Counted from the first letter of the stretch, positions 36,364 to 46,462 are shown. The stretch: 64,000 nt of DNA from Candidatus Pacebacteria bacterium GW2011_GWA1_46_10 (GCA_001002135.1 LCLP01000001.1:8417-72416), one strand, 5' to 3'. Notes: generated by a model from the letters alone, not told the origin. A program made the numbers and translations.

Positions 36364-37473
36364 TTATTGCTGTTTGATTAAATTAAGCACACTCAAACAG
36401 TCTTCTAAATTACCAGCATAGCAGTCATAACGATATTGATATTGAACAATGCTAAGTAAAATAATGATGGCCCAAAAAACCATTGGTTTTTTTATAAATA
36501 CTTGCAGTAGGGCCAAAAAAAGCAAGTAAAAAACTGGCAAAATCGGCAGGATATGTCTGGGCAAGAGGTAACCAAGTTTAGTTATCATCAGTAGAGTTGG
36601 TAACGATACAGCACCCAAAACCAATGCTAGGGTGATCACTTCTTTAATGGTTTTGATAAGTTTCTTACTAAACATTAACATTACAACACTAGAACCAGAA
36701 ATGAGATACCGTCCCTGACGGACAGTGATATAAGTAATGGCGTCCCACAGACTTTGCCATGGTTGCTCGTCATAAAATCTTTCTGGTGAGTAAACCCACC
36801 AACCGGCAATCGATGCGTGTATGTATAACCAGACTACAGTCATAACAGGTAGCGGTGAAATATAACGTATTAACCAAGAGAGTTTGTTTGTGATGCCTTT
36901 TTCCAAAAATAAATAAACTCCGGCTGCTAGGGTAATAAAAAGTGCGTTGTCAACTCTGAATAAAATAGCCAAGATAGCAATTAAAGTGAAGCTAAAATAT
37001 TTTTTCTTGATTAAAAAAATGACACTTAAAAAACGCAGAGCAGCCCCAACGATCTCAAAATAAACGAGATGAGTTTGAGCTATAAAAAGCGGATTGGTGA
37101 GAAATAAAACTACCAAAGCCTGGCCAATTTTTTTACTGGCTATACTTTTGCCCAAAAAATACATCACCACCAGGAAAAACAGCGATAAAAATAAACTTAA
37201 TAAATGAATAAAAAAGAGATGATTAGTGGTTAGTTTGATAATAAAAGCGATTATCAACGGCAATAAAAAAGTATGAGGATAATCGCTGCCACCAAAGTAT
37301 GAAAAAAGATTGCCAGTTTGAGCAATAGCATAACCTGCAGGGACCAGAAACCAGGCAGTGTCCCAGTAGAAAGGGAGAGAAAAGCTTTTTTTAGTTGACA
37401 AGAGTAAAACAATTGTTACCCCCAACCAAAAAAGCATATCCTGCCAACTAACTTTTTTAGTTGTTTTAGTCAT
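36364..37473 (-). CDS. GT-C fold membrane glycosyltransferase-like protein
   Basis: PFYWD after TM1, YPHT, NPLFIAQ..YFE and LPRHILP. Polytopic. Confidence 0.65.
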   Translation of the reverse strand: MTKTTKKVSWQDMLFWLGVTIVLLLSTKKSFSLPFYWDTAWFLVPAGYAIAQTGNLFSYFGGSDYPHTFLLPLIIAFIIKLTTNHLFFIHLLSLFLSLFFLVVMYFLGKSIASKKIGQALVVLFLTNPLFIAQTHLVYFEIVGAALRFLSVIFLIKKKYFSFTLIAILAILFRVDNALFITLAAGVYLFLEKGITNKLSWLIRYISPLPVMTVVWLYIHASIAGWWVYSPERFYDEQPWQSLWDAITYITVRQGRYLISGSSVVMLMFSKKLIKTIKEVITLALVLGAVSLPTLLMITKLGYLLPRHILPILPVFYLLFLALLQVFIKKPMVFWAIIILLSIVQYQYRYDCYAGNLEDCLSVLNLIKQQ

Positions 37474-38845
37474 ATAAACTTCCCGGATGAGTAATTTGAA
37501 CATCAAAGAATAATTTAGATTTTTGTTTGGGATGTATAAGCAACAGTTGTTTCAAGTTCAGTAGTGTTTGTAGCAACAAAAAAGGTAAATACTTTTGTGG
37601 CCGCAAACGAAGGTAGTTGGTAGTAGAACTTGTACCCCTAATTTGGACTTGATGCTGAGCCGCCATTTCTTCCACTATTTGCTTGATTGGAAAAAAGGTG
37701 TGAAGGTGTTGCTCTGAATCTAGGTAATTGACAGCAAAGCCCAATTTTTTTAAATATTTGAACTGGTTAGTAAATTCTAGCTTTACTTCGGTCAGCTTTA
37801 CTTGTCCAAAAAAAAGCTTAGTTAATAAAACTGGCAAAGAAAAAAAGTTCCCTTGCTGGTCTATTAGGGAACTGACCAATTTTTGTATAGTGATAGGCTT
37901 TCCTCTGGTTAAATTGAGATGAAGACCGATCTTGACTGATCGTTGGTAAGCAAGCAATTTTCGACTATCTATTGTGGAAACAAGATTTACTAAAACGGAC
38001 ACACCAGTCAGATTTTTAGCGGCCGCTTGATCAATTACAGCCTCATTAACAACTGACGATAAACCATAATCATCAGCAATAACTGGTAGACGGCTTAATT
38101 GATTGTTTGAATTATTAGATAAATAACCGCCGAGTTTAAAGGTGATTATTCTCCATAAATCAATGAGTGTGAGTCGAACTCTTCGCCAAGAAGTATAACG
38201 AGTTGGTCGCAATTCCCTCACAACAACAGGAACCTCCTGGAGACTTTGTTTTTGTTGGCAAAGCTTTAACAGTAATTCTGTATCCAGCAGCTCATGTTTG
38301 ACGGAGCACGCTCTTAAAGTTTTTATCAGAGCTGGAGTACTACGAAATGCTTTTAAACCATGAGTGTCTGTACCGGGGTATGAAAATAACATCTTGAGCG
38401 ATTGATGAAAAATTTTGGTTTGAATTTGGCGAAGTAATCCACGGTGGTCTTGGCTTTCACGTAATGTTTTTGAGCCTACCACGATTTCGTATTTATCGAG
38501 CAATTTTTTTGCCTGGGAAATGAAATTCGAATTGAAAAAATCAATATTTAAGACATAGATTTTTTGGCCTAAAGCGCTCAAAATCCCGTGTTTAAGAGCT
38601 TGGCCATAAGAAGCCTGACTAATGCGCAAATTACGTAAACCAGGATATTTTTTAGCGAGCCTTTGCATAGTTGCCCAGGTTTGATCAGTGCTGCCGTTTT
38701 CGATTAGTAACACTTCAAATTGAGTAAAATAGTTTTTTTCTAATAACTGGTAAAAAAGCTTTAATTGAGGGGAGAGATAAGAAGCTTCATTATAAACAGG
38801 AAATATAAAGCTATGTCGAACTGAGGAATGGACATTGTTACTCAT
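37466..38845 (-). CDS. Fusion of a GT2 (polyprenol-phosphate glycosyltransferase-like) and a YdjC/ChbG-family deacetylase
   Basis: N half: FPVYNEA, ENGSTD, YGQALKHG, VVGSK, DTHGLKAF and DTELL. C half: IADDYG, GLHLNLTRG, DSEQHLH and THPG. Confidence 0.82.
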   Translation of the reverse strand: MSNNVHSSVRHSFIFPVYNEASYLSPQLKLFYQLLEKNYFTQFEVLLIENGSTDQTWATMQRLAKKYPGLRNLRISQASYGQALKHGILSALGQKIYVLNIDFFNSNFISQAKKLLDKYEIVVGSKTLRESQDHRGLLRQIQTKIFHQSLKMLFSYPGTDTHGLKAFRSTPALIKTLRACSVKHELLDTELLLKLCQQKQSLQEVPVVVRELRPTRYTSWRRVRLTLIDLWRIITFKLGGYLSNNSNNQLSRLPVIADDYGLSSVVNEAVIDQAAAKNLTGVSVLVNLVSTIDSRKLLAYQRSVKIGLHLNLTRGKPITIQKLVSSLIDQQGNFFSLPVLLTKLFFGQVKLTEVKLEFTNQFKYLKKLGFAVNYLDSEQHLHTFFPIKQIVEEMAAQHQVQIRGTSSTTNYLRLRPQKYLPFLLLQTLLNLKQLLLIHPKQKSKLFFDVQITHPGSLYD

Positions 38846-38906
38846 GAATGAGTGTTATCATAGTTTTTGAAACTATCAAGGTCAATTAAATAGAATCTGG
38901 GAGGAA

Positions 38907-41444
38907 ATGAGTTTTTTTTTACCAACTAAGCATTTAATTAATCAGACGAGGCGTCAAAAGCAAACTCAACTACATCAGTTGGAAAACAAGCTTAAAAAAA
39001 GCCGCTCATTAAATGAGTATCTGCGCGCTCTTGATAGGTGGGGCCAATTAAATACATTAGTTTTTGCCAAAATTTATAAAGAAATTTTTTCTAAAAAAGA
39101 GAAACTCCATAGCTCACTTTGTGTTTCAGGAAGTTATGCGAGCGGCAGCTTAACATGCAGGTCAGATCTTGACGTTGTGTTATTTTACGATTCGCGTTTT
39201 TTGCCAAAGCGTGATGTAGAGAGAAAAATACAAAGTTTTTTATCAGTAGTTCAGCCGCTGGTGGGCAAAGCTGATTATATTATTTTTGACACAAATCAAG
39301 CTTCTAGTTCAGATTTTTTTGACACTGTAAACCCATTTTTACTAAACTTTTTCTTGATACACTCTTTTATTTCGGGCAATCAACAGCTTTATAGAGAAAC
39401 AGCTAACAACCTAGCTAAAAATGAAAAAATTACCCAGCAACTGGTGGAGTTTATTTATGTTCACAAACAGCTTCCCAAGTTCGGTTTTACTGAAAATACC
39501 CAGTTTCACGTTAAAATTTCTCCGGGAGGGCTTTTAACGCTTACTTTAGCTTTTCATTTTTTGCGGTCATCAAAGTTTTTTTCTCAAGATTTAAGCTTGA
39601 TTGAAGTTCTCAGAAATCTCAATCAACTTAAGGAATTTTCTAGAAAAGAGTGCTTAGCAGTGATTGATTCTTTTAAATTATTGCGTTTTGTAAAAAGTGA
39701 GTTAGAAATTATCAGCAATTCTGATCAGGTCCCGGTTAAAGAAGAGCTCCTATTTAAAATAAGCCAAAGAAATAATTGGATTCCCGACGGAAAGATTTTA
39801 TACACCGCAATCAACAGAGCCAGAAGAACTATTCTTAATTTTGATGAAAAAATTCAATCAATGATTTTGGATAAGCTCGGAATTGATAAAAAAAAGCTTC
39901 TCCAATTTTATAAAAATCAAAAAAACTGGGAAAAGCTCATAAGCGATACTGAAAAACCTTTTTACAACACCATCTTTGCTTGGACAACCAATAATCCTGT
40001 AGTGAGCGAGGGGCTTTTTTACCAAACAGAAAAAAAATCGACCCCTTTTTTGCTGGGGTTGATGCAAAACCCGATCACCCCTGGCAAGATACTTAATAAG
40101 GTGGAAATTCTTAGTAGAGATACTCAATACCTTAAAGTAAGAAATCGCTTTTTGCTTTATCACCCGTTTCTGATGAAAAAAACACTATTGCGAATGGTGA
40201 CAAAAGATTGGAGTGCATTTCTGTCATTTGTCCACACATTGCGGAATAAGATTTTTCAACAAGTTTTGTGGCTTCTTTCAAAATTAAAATTCTTCGGTTT
40301 AAGAAAGGTTTTTTATGCGGCAAAGGACTTCACTCTTTTTCTTAAAAAGATACATTTATCAAATGACATAGTGTTTTTGTCAAAAAGCAAGAAGGAGGAA
40401 ATACTATCGAGTTTTGTAAAAGAGCTATCTCGTCTAGAGATGGTTGAAGCGGTTTACAACATAGGAAGGAAGAAATATGTTTCGGGAATATCGGATTTAG
40501 ATTTAGTGGTGATAGTCAAAAAGAGTGGTAGTTATTCTTCGCTCAAAAAGGTTTTTTACCAATATCGAGCTAGTTTTAAGTCACAGTCCTATTTGTTTGA
40601 GCATTTTCCTTTTGTTGTCACTCGCAGCCTCTTTGTCGCACTCACTCGTTTTGGCATAATTCCACATCTCAACCACGATCTAACCGAACGTTTGCAGTGT
40701 TTATACGCCAAAAAAGATTTTAGTCAGCCTGAAATAACTGTGAGCGGACAACAGTACAGGCTCTCTTTGTTGGAGCATTATTTTCTTTCTATTTGGTCAA
40801 ACAATCTTACCTTGAGGTATCAGTCAGCAGTTTCTCTCAGGCTCATGATTAAAAGGGTAGAAAAGCTCTTTTTGAATTTTTGTCAATTTTGGCAGTTTCA
40901 AAATCCACCCCCGATCCTTTCGGAAAATGGTTTTTATCAGGAAATGGAGTTAAAAATTTCCAAGACCATTAAAAGTATTCTTAAAACAATATCTAACAAA
41001 GAGATACTTTCGTTTTCCCAGCATGCTGCTCTCTTTCAAATATGGCAGGAGATTGACCAGGCATTTGAAAAGGAAATCAATAACTACTTGCAAGAAACTT
41101 TTCCTGGTAATAGTTTATTATTACCACTTGTGTCTGGTCGCAATCAGTTTGCGGACACCCTTTTTCTGCATATACCAAATCGACAGTTATTTTTTTGGAG
41201 ACTTTTGAAATACTGGTTAGGGAAACAAAAGATTTTGTTAATGAATCATCGATATTTGCTTTATTTCAATACTGTTTTTCAAGATAACCAACCTTTAGGC
41301 AGCAAAAGGTTGAGTTCACTCATTAAAGAAAGGAGAAAGACTAGAATGGCTTGGTACTCTTTTTTAGAAGAAGGGGATTTAATTACATGGAGTAATAGAC
41401 CTTATTTTTATGAGATTTATCAAAAGTATAGGGAAGTTTCTTAA
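38907..41444 (+). CDS. Large protein with a GlnD/GlnE-like nucleotidyltransferase module and a second pol-beta-type NTase domain
   Basis: GSYASGSLTCRSDLDVV, VKISPGGL and, later, YNIG....SGISDLDLVVIV. SD GGAGG. AT-rich. Confidence 0.68.
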   Translation: MSFFLPTKHLINQTRRQKQTQLHQLENKLKKSRSLNEYLRALDRWGQLNTLVFAKIYKEIFSKKEKLHSSLCVSGSYASGSLTCRSDLDVVLFYDSRFLPKRDVERKIQSFLSVVQPLVGKADYIIFDTNQASSSDFFDTVNPFLLNFFLIHSFISGNQQLYRETANNLAKNEKITQQLVEFIYVHKQLPKFGFTENTQFHVKISPGGLLTLTLAFHFLRSSKFFSQDLSLIEVLRNLNQLKEFSRKECLAVIDSFKLLRFVKSELEIISNSDQVPVKEELLFKISQRNNWIPDGKILYTAINRARRTILNFDEKIQSMILDKLGIDKKKLLQFYKNQKNWEKLISDTEKPFYNTIFAWTTNNPVVSEGLFYQTEKKSTPFLLGLMQNPITPGKILNKVEILSRDTQYLKVRNRFLLYHPFLMKKTLLRMVTKDWSAFLSFVHTLRNKIFQQVLWLLSKLKFFGLRKVFYAAKDFTLFLKKIHLSNDIVFLSKSKKEEILSSFVKELSRLEMVEAVYNIGRKKYVSGISDLDLVVIVKKSGSYSSLKKVFYQYRASFKSQSYLFEHFPFVVTRSLFVALTRFGIIPHLNHDLTERLQCLYAKKDFSQPEITVSGQQYRLSLLEHYFLSIWSNNLTLRYQSAVSLRLMIKRVEKLFLNFCQFWQFQNPPPILSENGFYQEMELKISKTIKSILKTISNKEILSFSQHAALFQIWQEIDQAFEKEINNYLQETFPGNSLLLPLVSGRNQFADTLFLHIPNRQLFFWRLLKYWLGKQKILLMNHRYLLYFNTVFQDNQPLGSKRLSSLIKERRKTRMAWYSFLEEGDLITWSNRPYFYEIYQKYREVS

Positions 41445-41452
41445 TTTTAAAT

Positions 41453-42208
41453 TCAAGCTTTTTCCGAATCTTTTTTGTAGAGCTCTATTACTTCTATTCC
41501 ACCGTCTTCAACGACCTTTCCTTGCTCTAGCCAAATAATTCTTGTGCAGTTATTTTTAAGATAATCTAGCCAATGGCTGACACTAACAATAGTTTTTCCT
41601 TGTTTAAAAAAACTGTTAATTTTTTTTAAAGATTTTTCTCTAAACTCTTGATCGCCAACAGCGATCGCTTCATCTAGCAGTAAAATATCTGGATTAGAGT
41701 GTACGGCGATAGAAAATCCTAACCGAAGAGACATACCAGAAGAGTAGGTATAGAGCGGCGAATCGATAAATTTTTTTAGACCACTAAACTGAACAATTTG
41801 TGTGAAATTTTGTTCTATTTCTTCTTTTGCCATACCAATTATCAAGCCGTTCAAAAAAATATTCTCTTCACCGGTGAGTTCTGGGTGAAAACCAGCTTCT
41901 AGTTCAATCAAAGAAACTACTTTGCCTTTAACCACTACTTTGCCTGAATCAGGAGTAGCAATTCCAGCGGCGATTTTCAACAAAGTAGTTTTACCGGAGC
42001 CGTTGGGACCAATAATGCCAACTTTCTCCCCCTGGGAAATGGTGAGAGAGATACCACGTAACGCCTGAAATCTTTCTCTAGATTCCAAGCCAAATAGTGT
42101 CCCTACTAGGGTAGGTTTTTGGTGTTTTAAGGTATAACTTTTGGCTACGTTTTGGAACTGGATAGCTGCTTGGCGGTTGGTAGATTGGGAGACACTCTTT
42201 TTTTTCAT
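41453..42208 (-). CDS. Wzt/TagH-type glycan ABC exporter ATPase
   Basis: GPNGSGKTT, AGFHPELTGEEN, YSSGMSLRLGFS and LDEAIAVGD. Confidence 0.92.
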   Translation of the reverse strand: MKKKSVSQSTNRQAAIQFQNVAKSYTLKHQKPTLVGTLFGLESRERFQALRGISLTISQGEKVGIIGPNGSGKTTLLKIAAGIATPDSGKVVVKGKVVSLIELEAGFHPELTGEENIFLNGLIIGMAKEEIEQNFTQIVQFSGLKKFIDSPLYTYSSGMSLRLGFSIAVHSNPDILLLDEAIAVGDQEFREKSLKKINSFFKQGKTIVSVSHWLDYLKNNCTRIIWLEQGKVVEDGGIEVIELYKKDSEKA

Positions 42209-42210
42209 CA

Positions 42211-42966
42211 CTACATCCAATCATCAAAGTACTGTTCTTCCTTTTTAAAAACCAACAATCCCAACACCACTACCACTAAGGTTAAAGAAAGGGGAATAAG
42301 TAATGATTGACCAAAGGAAAAAGTTTCTGGTACGCCAAAGGCAGCTCTAAACAACTGAATAATAAGTGTCATGGGGTTTAGTACCAATAATTGTTGTAGT
42401 TGATGTGGCAAGATTTCTGGTGAGTAGATGATTGGGGTAGTGTAAAACCACAATGGGAGTAGGGCTTTGGTAAAAAAGTCAACGTCTCTAAACTTGACAT
42501 TTAAACTAGAGAAGAGCAGAGAAATGCCGGCAGTAAAAAAGAATAGCCAACTCACTGCCGCGGCCAGTAAGACAGCATTAACTGAGAAACCTGTAAATGG
42601 TAGCACCAGCAACAAACCAATAGAGAGATGGAGAAGGTTGGACAAAATGAGTGAGATCACTAGTGACTCTCTAGGGAATGCGGCTTTTTTGATTAAATAT
42701 CTTTCATACACGAATAATGGTGTAGCCTTGGAGAAGCTGGTAGTGAAAAAACTCCAAGGAAGTAGTCCTAAAAAGAGGTATAGGAAGTAGTTCTCAGTTC
42801 GAAAACCAGGGATAAACTGAAAAACCAAACCAATGACTAACATCTGTAAAAGAGGGTTGGCTACAATCCATAAAAATCCTAATGCGGCGTGTTTATATCT
42901 TCCCTTAATTTCCCGGCTAGTAAGAGCTAGAGTGAAGTCCAACCAATTTTGCCATTGCTTTACCAT
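42211..42966 (-). CDS. Wzm/TagG-type glycan ABC exporter permease
   Basis: REIKGRYK..LGFLW...NPL, FRDV, FYTTPIIYS and NPM. Confidence 0.92.
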   Translation of the reverse strand: MVKQWQNWLDFTLALTSREIKGRYKHAALGFLWIVANPLLQMLVIGLVFQFIPGFRTENYFLYLFLGLLPWSFFTTSFSKATPLFVYERYLIKKAAFPRESLVISLILSNLLHLSIGLLLVLPFTGFSVNAVLLAAAVSWLFFFTAGISLLFSSLNVKFRDVDFFTKALLPLWFYTTPIIYSPEILPHQLQQLLVLNPMTLIIQLFRAAFGVPETFSFGQSLLIPLSLTLVVVVLGLLVFKKEEQYFDDWM

Positions 42967-44129
42967 TTACGCGCTCCTTTTTGTTCGGAGTTTTGAATAA
43001 CCTTGGAGATATTTATTATCTTGTTTTTCCAACCGTTTGCTAGAGAAAGTTTACGCTGCCATTGCCCTACTTGAGAAGATTGCCGGCGAGTGAGTAGTGA
43101 TGTAATGGTTGTTTGCCAACTTTTGAGAGAAGGTTCTATTTTTACCAAGTTTGAAAACCTTTTGAGTTCAAGAATAGGGGCAGTAATAACTGGTTTTTTG
43201 CAATAGAAATACTCGAATAACTTCATTGGGTAGGAGTATTTAACGAGTAATTGCTTAGTATCGTAGGGAATAAGGCAAACATCAAACTGCTTAATGATGT
43301 TGGGAATTTCCCGTCGATCAGTACTTTGGCCGACTATCACGTTGGGCAGTTTTTTTAATGTATGAAGCTGTCGAGTGGTTTCAAGTTTATTTTCAAGAGA
43401 CATTTCTTGTACTGGTCCCCAGAGTACAAATTGCCACTGAGGGTTTCGTTTGATAAGTCGGTAGAGTAAAGCAAAGTCCAGCCGGTGGTCGATGGCGCCA
43501 ACATAACCAATGAGCGGTTTGTCTTTAGGAAATTTGGCTTTAGTTGTTTTGGGTTTAGCAAAGTCAGTTAACCGAAACCCTTGTGGTACTACTGCCGTTG
43601 GTCGGCGGGTGGTGGAGTGATGTTTGGCAAGCACTGCTGAATTAACAAAGAAAAAATCCACTTGTTTGATGAGTTTTTTTTCTTGAGTTTGCAACAGTTT
43701 TCGTAATTTTGGCTGGCGATGCCAGACGTAATCAACGCAGTCGTACAAAGCAATGAGTTTCGGGAAAGCCCACTTAACTTTGGGGTAAAACCAAAATCCT
43801 GGATCAAACAGCCATAAAATGGCCTGTTTTTTAGTAAGACCATCACGCAGTAGTAGGTACCAAATATTTAACAATTGGTTGAGTTTCTCAATCCCAGCTA
43901 ACCGCCGGACAGGAATCAGGTAGCGCGGTTGGTAAAACAAAATGTTCCGTCGGTGAGGAAATTGTTGTTTAGGTTTGGGTTTAAGCCAAAATCGTGCATC
44001 GGGTTGAATATAAGCGATAACCAAATTGTTTTTAGCCAGTTCCAGGCAGGTTTGCCACTGATAGTCAGCTGACCAATTCCAAGGCAATTGAAAAGGGATG
44101 ATTATTAAACTGTTTTTAAGCACGATCAA
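42960..44129 (-). CDS. GT-B glycosyltransferase (TuaH-like)
   Basis: YDCVD, IGYVGAID.RLD and PMKLFEYF. Confidence 0.85.
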   Translation of the reverse strand: MIVLKNSLIIIPFQLPWNWSADYQWQTCLELAKNNLVIAYIQPDARFWLKPKPKQQFPHRRNILFYQPRYLIPVRRLAGIEKLNQLLNIWYLLLRDGLTKKQAILWLFDPGFWFYPKVKWAFPKLIALYDCVDYVWHRQPKLRKLLQTQEKKLIKQVDFFFVNSAVLAKHHSTTRRPTAVVPQGFRLTDFAKPKTTKAKFPKDKPLIGYVGAIDHRLDFALLYRLIKRNPQWQFVLWGPVQEMSLENKLETTRQLHTLKKLPNVIVGQSTDRREIPNIIKQFDVCLIPYDTKQLLVKYSYPMKLFEYFYCKKPVITAPILELKRFSNLVKIEPSLKSWQTTITSLLTRRQSSQVGQWQRKLSLANGWKNKIINISKVIQNSEQKGARKW

Positions 44130-45645
44130 CCCTCGCCTGTTTTCGACTTAACGTACTCAACCCAGCATACAAGAAAAAGTAAGAAGAAAGTTCCGGGTGA
44201 TTGAGGAAAATGGGGTAAAACATGGCGCAGAGCACGTAGATGCCCACTGCCAGGCTATATTCTTTGATTACACTCTGTTTTAGATACAAGAAAAACGGTC
44301 TCACTGTGGTGTAAACCAACATGAAAAAGAAAAAGGCGCCTACCATGCCGGTTTCAGCTAAGAGCTGAAAAAGTAAGTTGTGGGGATACGTTGGGTCAAA
44401 CACGAGTTGTTCTCCGGTAAATTCGGTAGCAAAGTAGTAAGGAGAAAGGTTAATACCAACCCCAAACCATGGGTTGCCCAACGCTAATCTAGCGGCGTAT
44501 TGAATCATGGCTAAACGGTAGGTGCCACTCCCATATTGGGTGAAAACATCAGTTAGAGTTTCAAGCCTTCTAGTAAGATAAGGAGCTAAAGCAGTGGCAA
44601 CAATTAAGGCCACCACTACTGTGCCGGCAAACAGTTTAGGATGATTCTTGAAGTTTAAATTTGGTTTGTTTTTTCGCCAAAACCACCAAGTCAGTCCCGC
44701 CAGCCACAGCCACACGCCATATAAAATCCGGCTACCGGTAAAAATAAGCGCTACACTTCCCACCCCTAATCCAAACCAGCCAAGTGTGTTAAGGATATGG
44801 CGCTGATCAGTGTGTCGTTTTCGGAGAACTAAGGGTAGTATGATCGCCATTTGCATCAACAAAAAAGTGCCCAGAATACTGGGCTCAAAAAAGGTGCCAG
44901 TAACACGCAGTAAACCAAGGTCCTCTGAAGCTAGGATACCGAATTGAGCTCCTGGTAAATAAACTTCAAGGTCTTTTCCGAGTGGTCCGCCGGATATTCG
45001 TTGGGCAATCACCCAGCTTGACTCAAACAGCAACGCTGCCAGTGCAACGCTCAGCACGAGTTTTTTGAGTTGCGTCTTTTGATGAGCAAATAGCAAAAGC
45101 GGCAATACCATCAATGCCATCATTCTTACCAGTTGTAGTGCAGACAGCCAACTTACCTCAGGGGCTACGCTCAGCGTGCCGCTGAAAACCACCCAAATAA
45201 TAAAAAGTGCCAGCCACCAGAATGGTTGCAGCTTTTTGAGCGTGGCGCCGATGGAGGTAACTATGGTTTTGTTTCGAAGGTATAAATATCCCAGTACACC
45301 CAGAAAAATATCAGCAAGGTAGACCGGAAAAAAGTAACTAATGTCAAACAGCACCCAGCGCTCGATACTTTCTTTGGGTAGCAGTAGGAGTTGGTAAGCT
45401 CGCCCCTTGGGAAACAACAGTGTTGCCAATAAACCAGCAAAAAGCGACAGTTTAAAGTTTTTAGTCAAGCGAAAGATGACGAGCCAATATAAAAAAGTCA
45501 GTAAAAAAAGTGTGCGGTTGTTAATACTGAAATACAGGCTAAAATAATAAAATAGCGTGGCGGAAAAAAGTTGAAGTGGGGGAGAAAAAGCTACTGCGAC
45601 TGTTCGGCCAATAAAGCTTTTTGATATAGTACGCAATAGTTTCAT
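44116..45645 (-). CDS. O-antigen ligase/polymerase-like (Wzy_C) membrane protein
   Basis: RVTGTFFEPS, TGSR, PWFGVG and HNLLFQLLAETGMVG. TATAAT-N7-ATG. Confidence 0.82.
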   Translation of the reverse strand: MKLLRTISKSFIGRTVAVAFSPPLQLFSATLFYYFSLYFSINNRTLFLLTFLYWLVIFRLTKNFKLSLFAGLLATLLFPKGRAYQLLLLPKESIERWVLFDISYFFPVYLADIFLGVLGYLYLRNKTIVTSIGATLKKLQPFWWLALFIIWVVFSGTLSVAPEVSWLSALQLVRMMALMVLPLLLFAHQKTQLKKLVLSVALAALLFESSWVIAQRISGGPLGKDLEVYLPGAQFGILASEDLGLLRVTGTFFEPSILGTFLLMQMAIILPLVLRKRHTDQRHILNTLGWFGLGVGSVALIFTGSRILYGVWLWLAGLTWWFWRKNKPNLNFKNHPKLFAGTVVVALIVATALAPYLTRRLETLTDVFTQYGSGTYRLAMIQYAARLALGNPWFGVGINLSPYYFATEFTGEQLVFDPTYPHNLLFQLLAETGMVGAFFFFMLVYTTVRPFFLYLKQSVIKEYSLAVGIYVLCAMFYPIFLNHPELSSYFFLYAGLSTLSRKQARVDRA

Positions 45646-46462
45646 GAAATTCATTATACAGAACCGTTTTTTGAGAAGATTGAATGTCTTTGATCTGGTA
45701 GTGGTGGCGGTTTTACTCCTAGTTTTAGGATCGTTTTTTTGGCTTCGTGTTTCACGGAAGACCGAGTGGATTGCACTGCGTCTAGTGGTGACTAATGATG
45801 CGTGGTGGTACGAAGGCTCTGCCCCTCAATGGTGGTATGCAGAAGGGTTGACTACTGGGCAGACCGCTAAAAATACGTTTGGTGAGACAATCGCCGAGAT
45901 TACCAACGTTCAAAGTTTTGATGTAGGAGCGTATTATCGTCGTGCTTTTATTGATTTAAAAGTTAAGGGCTACTACGACGCCAAACGTGGGATCTACATG
46001 TATAATTACCAGCCGCTCCAGATTGGCAAACCACTTGATCTTACTTTTGGCAAGAACAATGTCCGTGGGATTGTCACTTATATTGAAAACGCACCACAGG
46101 TTTTTACAGAGAAAACGATTGAAGTTTTTATTCCCGCTGTCCGTTTATGGGTAGCTCAGTCTTACAAGGAAGGAGTGGAGATGCGGGATTCTGAAGGGAG
46201 GACTCTCGCTAAAGTTCTCTCAGTGTCGATTACGCCAACCACGGCGCAAGAAGTGGTGAATGTTTTTCCAGATGTTGCTGAAGTAAAGTTTGCCCCTGAC
46301 CAGTTTTATGATCTAAGACTAACACTCTCTCTTCAAACCTTTGAAAGTGGGGGGGTGAGCTACTTTGTCGACCGAGCCGCTATTAAAGTGGGCGAACGGA
46401 TTTGGTTTCAGTTTCCGCAGACCGTTGTGCGCCAAGCTGAAATTACCCGCATTATCGAGTAA
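45644..46462 (+). CDS. DUF4330-like protein with an internal duplication
   Basis: N-terminal RRLNVFD plus TM helix. Two similar beta-rich repeats (GETIAEITNV..LQIGKPL and GRTLAKVLSV..IKVGERI). Confidence 0.6.
   Translation: MKFIIQNRFLRRLNVFDLVVVAVLLLVLGSFFWLRVSRKTEWIALRLVVTNDAWWYEGSAPQWWYAEGLTTGQTAKNTFGETIAEITNVQSFDVGAYYRRAFIDLKVKGYYDAKRGIYMYNYQPLQIGKPLDLTFGKNNVRGIVTYIENAPQVFTEKTIEVFIPAVRLWVAQSYKEGVEMRDSEGRTLAKVLSVSITPTTAQEVVNVFPDVAEVKFAPDQFYDLRLTLSLQTFESGGVSYFVDRAAIKVGERIWFQFPQTVVRQAEITRIIE

Noticed and set aside
31107-44000. Genomic island integrated at tRNA-Ile
   Set aside because: The AT-rich glycan genes lie on the 5' side of the tRNA about 3 kb away, and no duplicated tRNA 3' end or integrase was seen.
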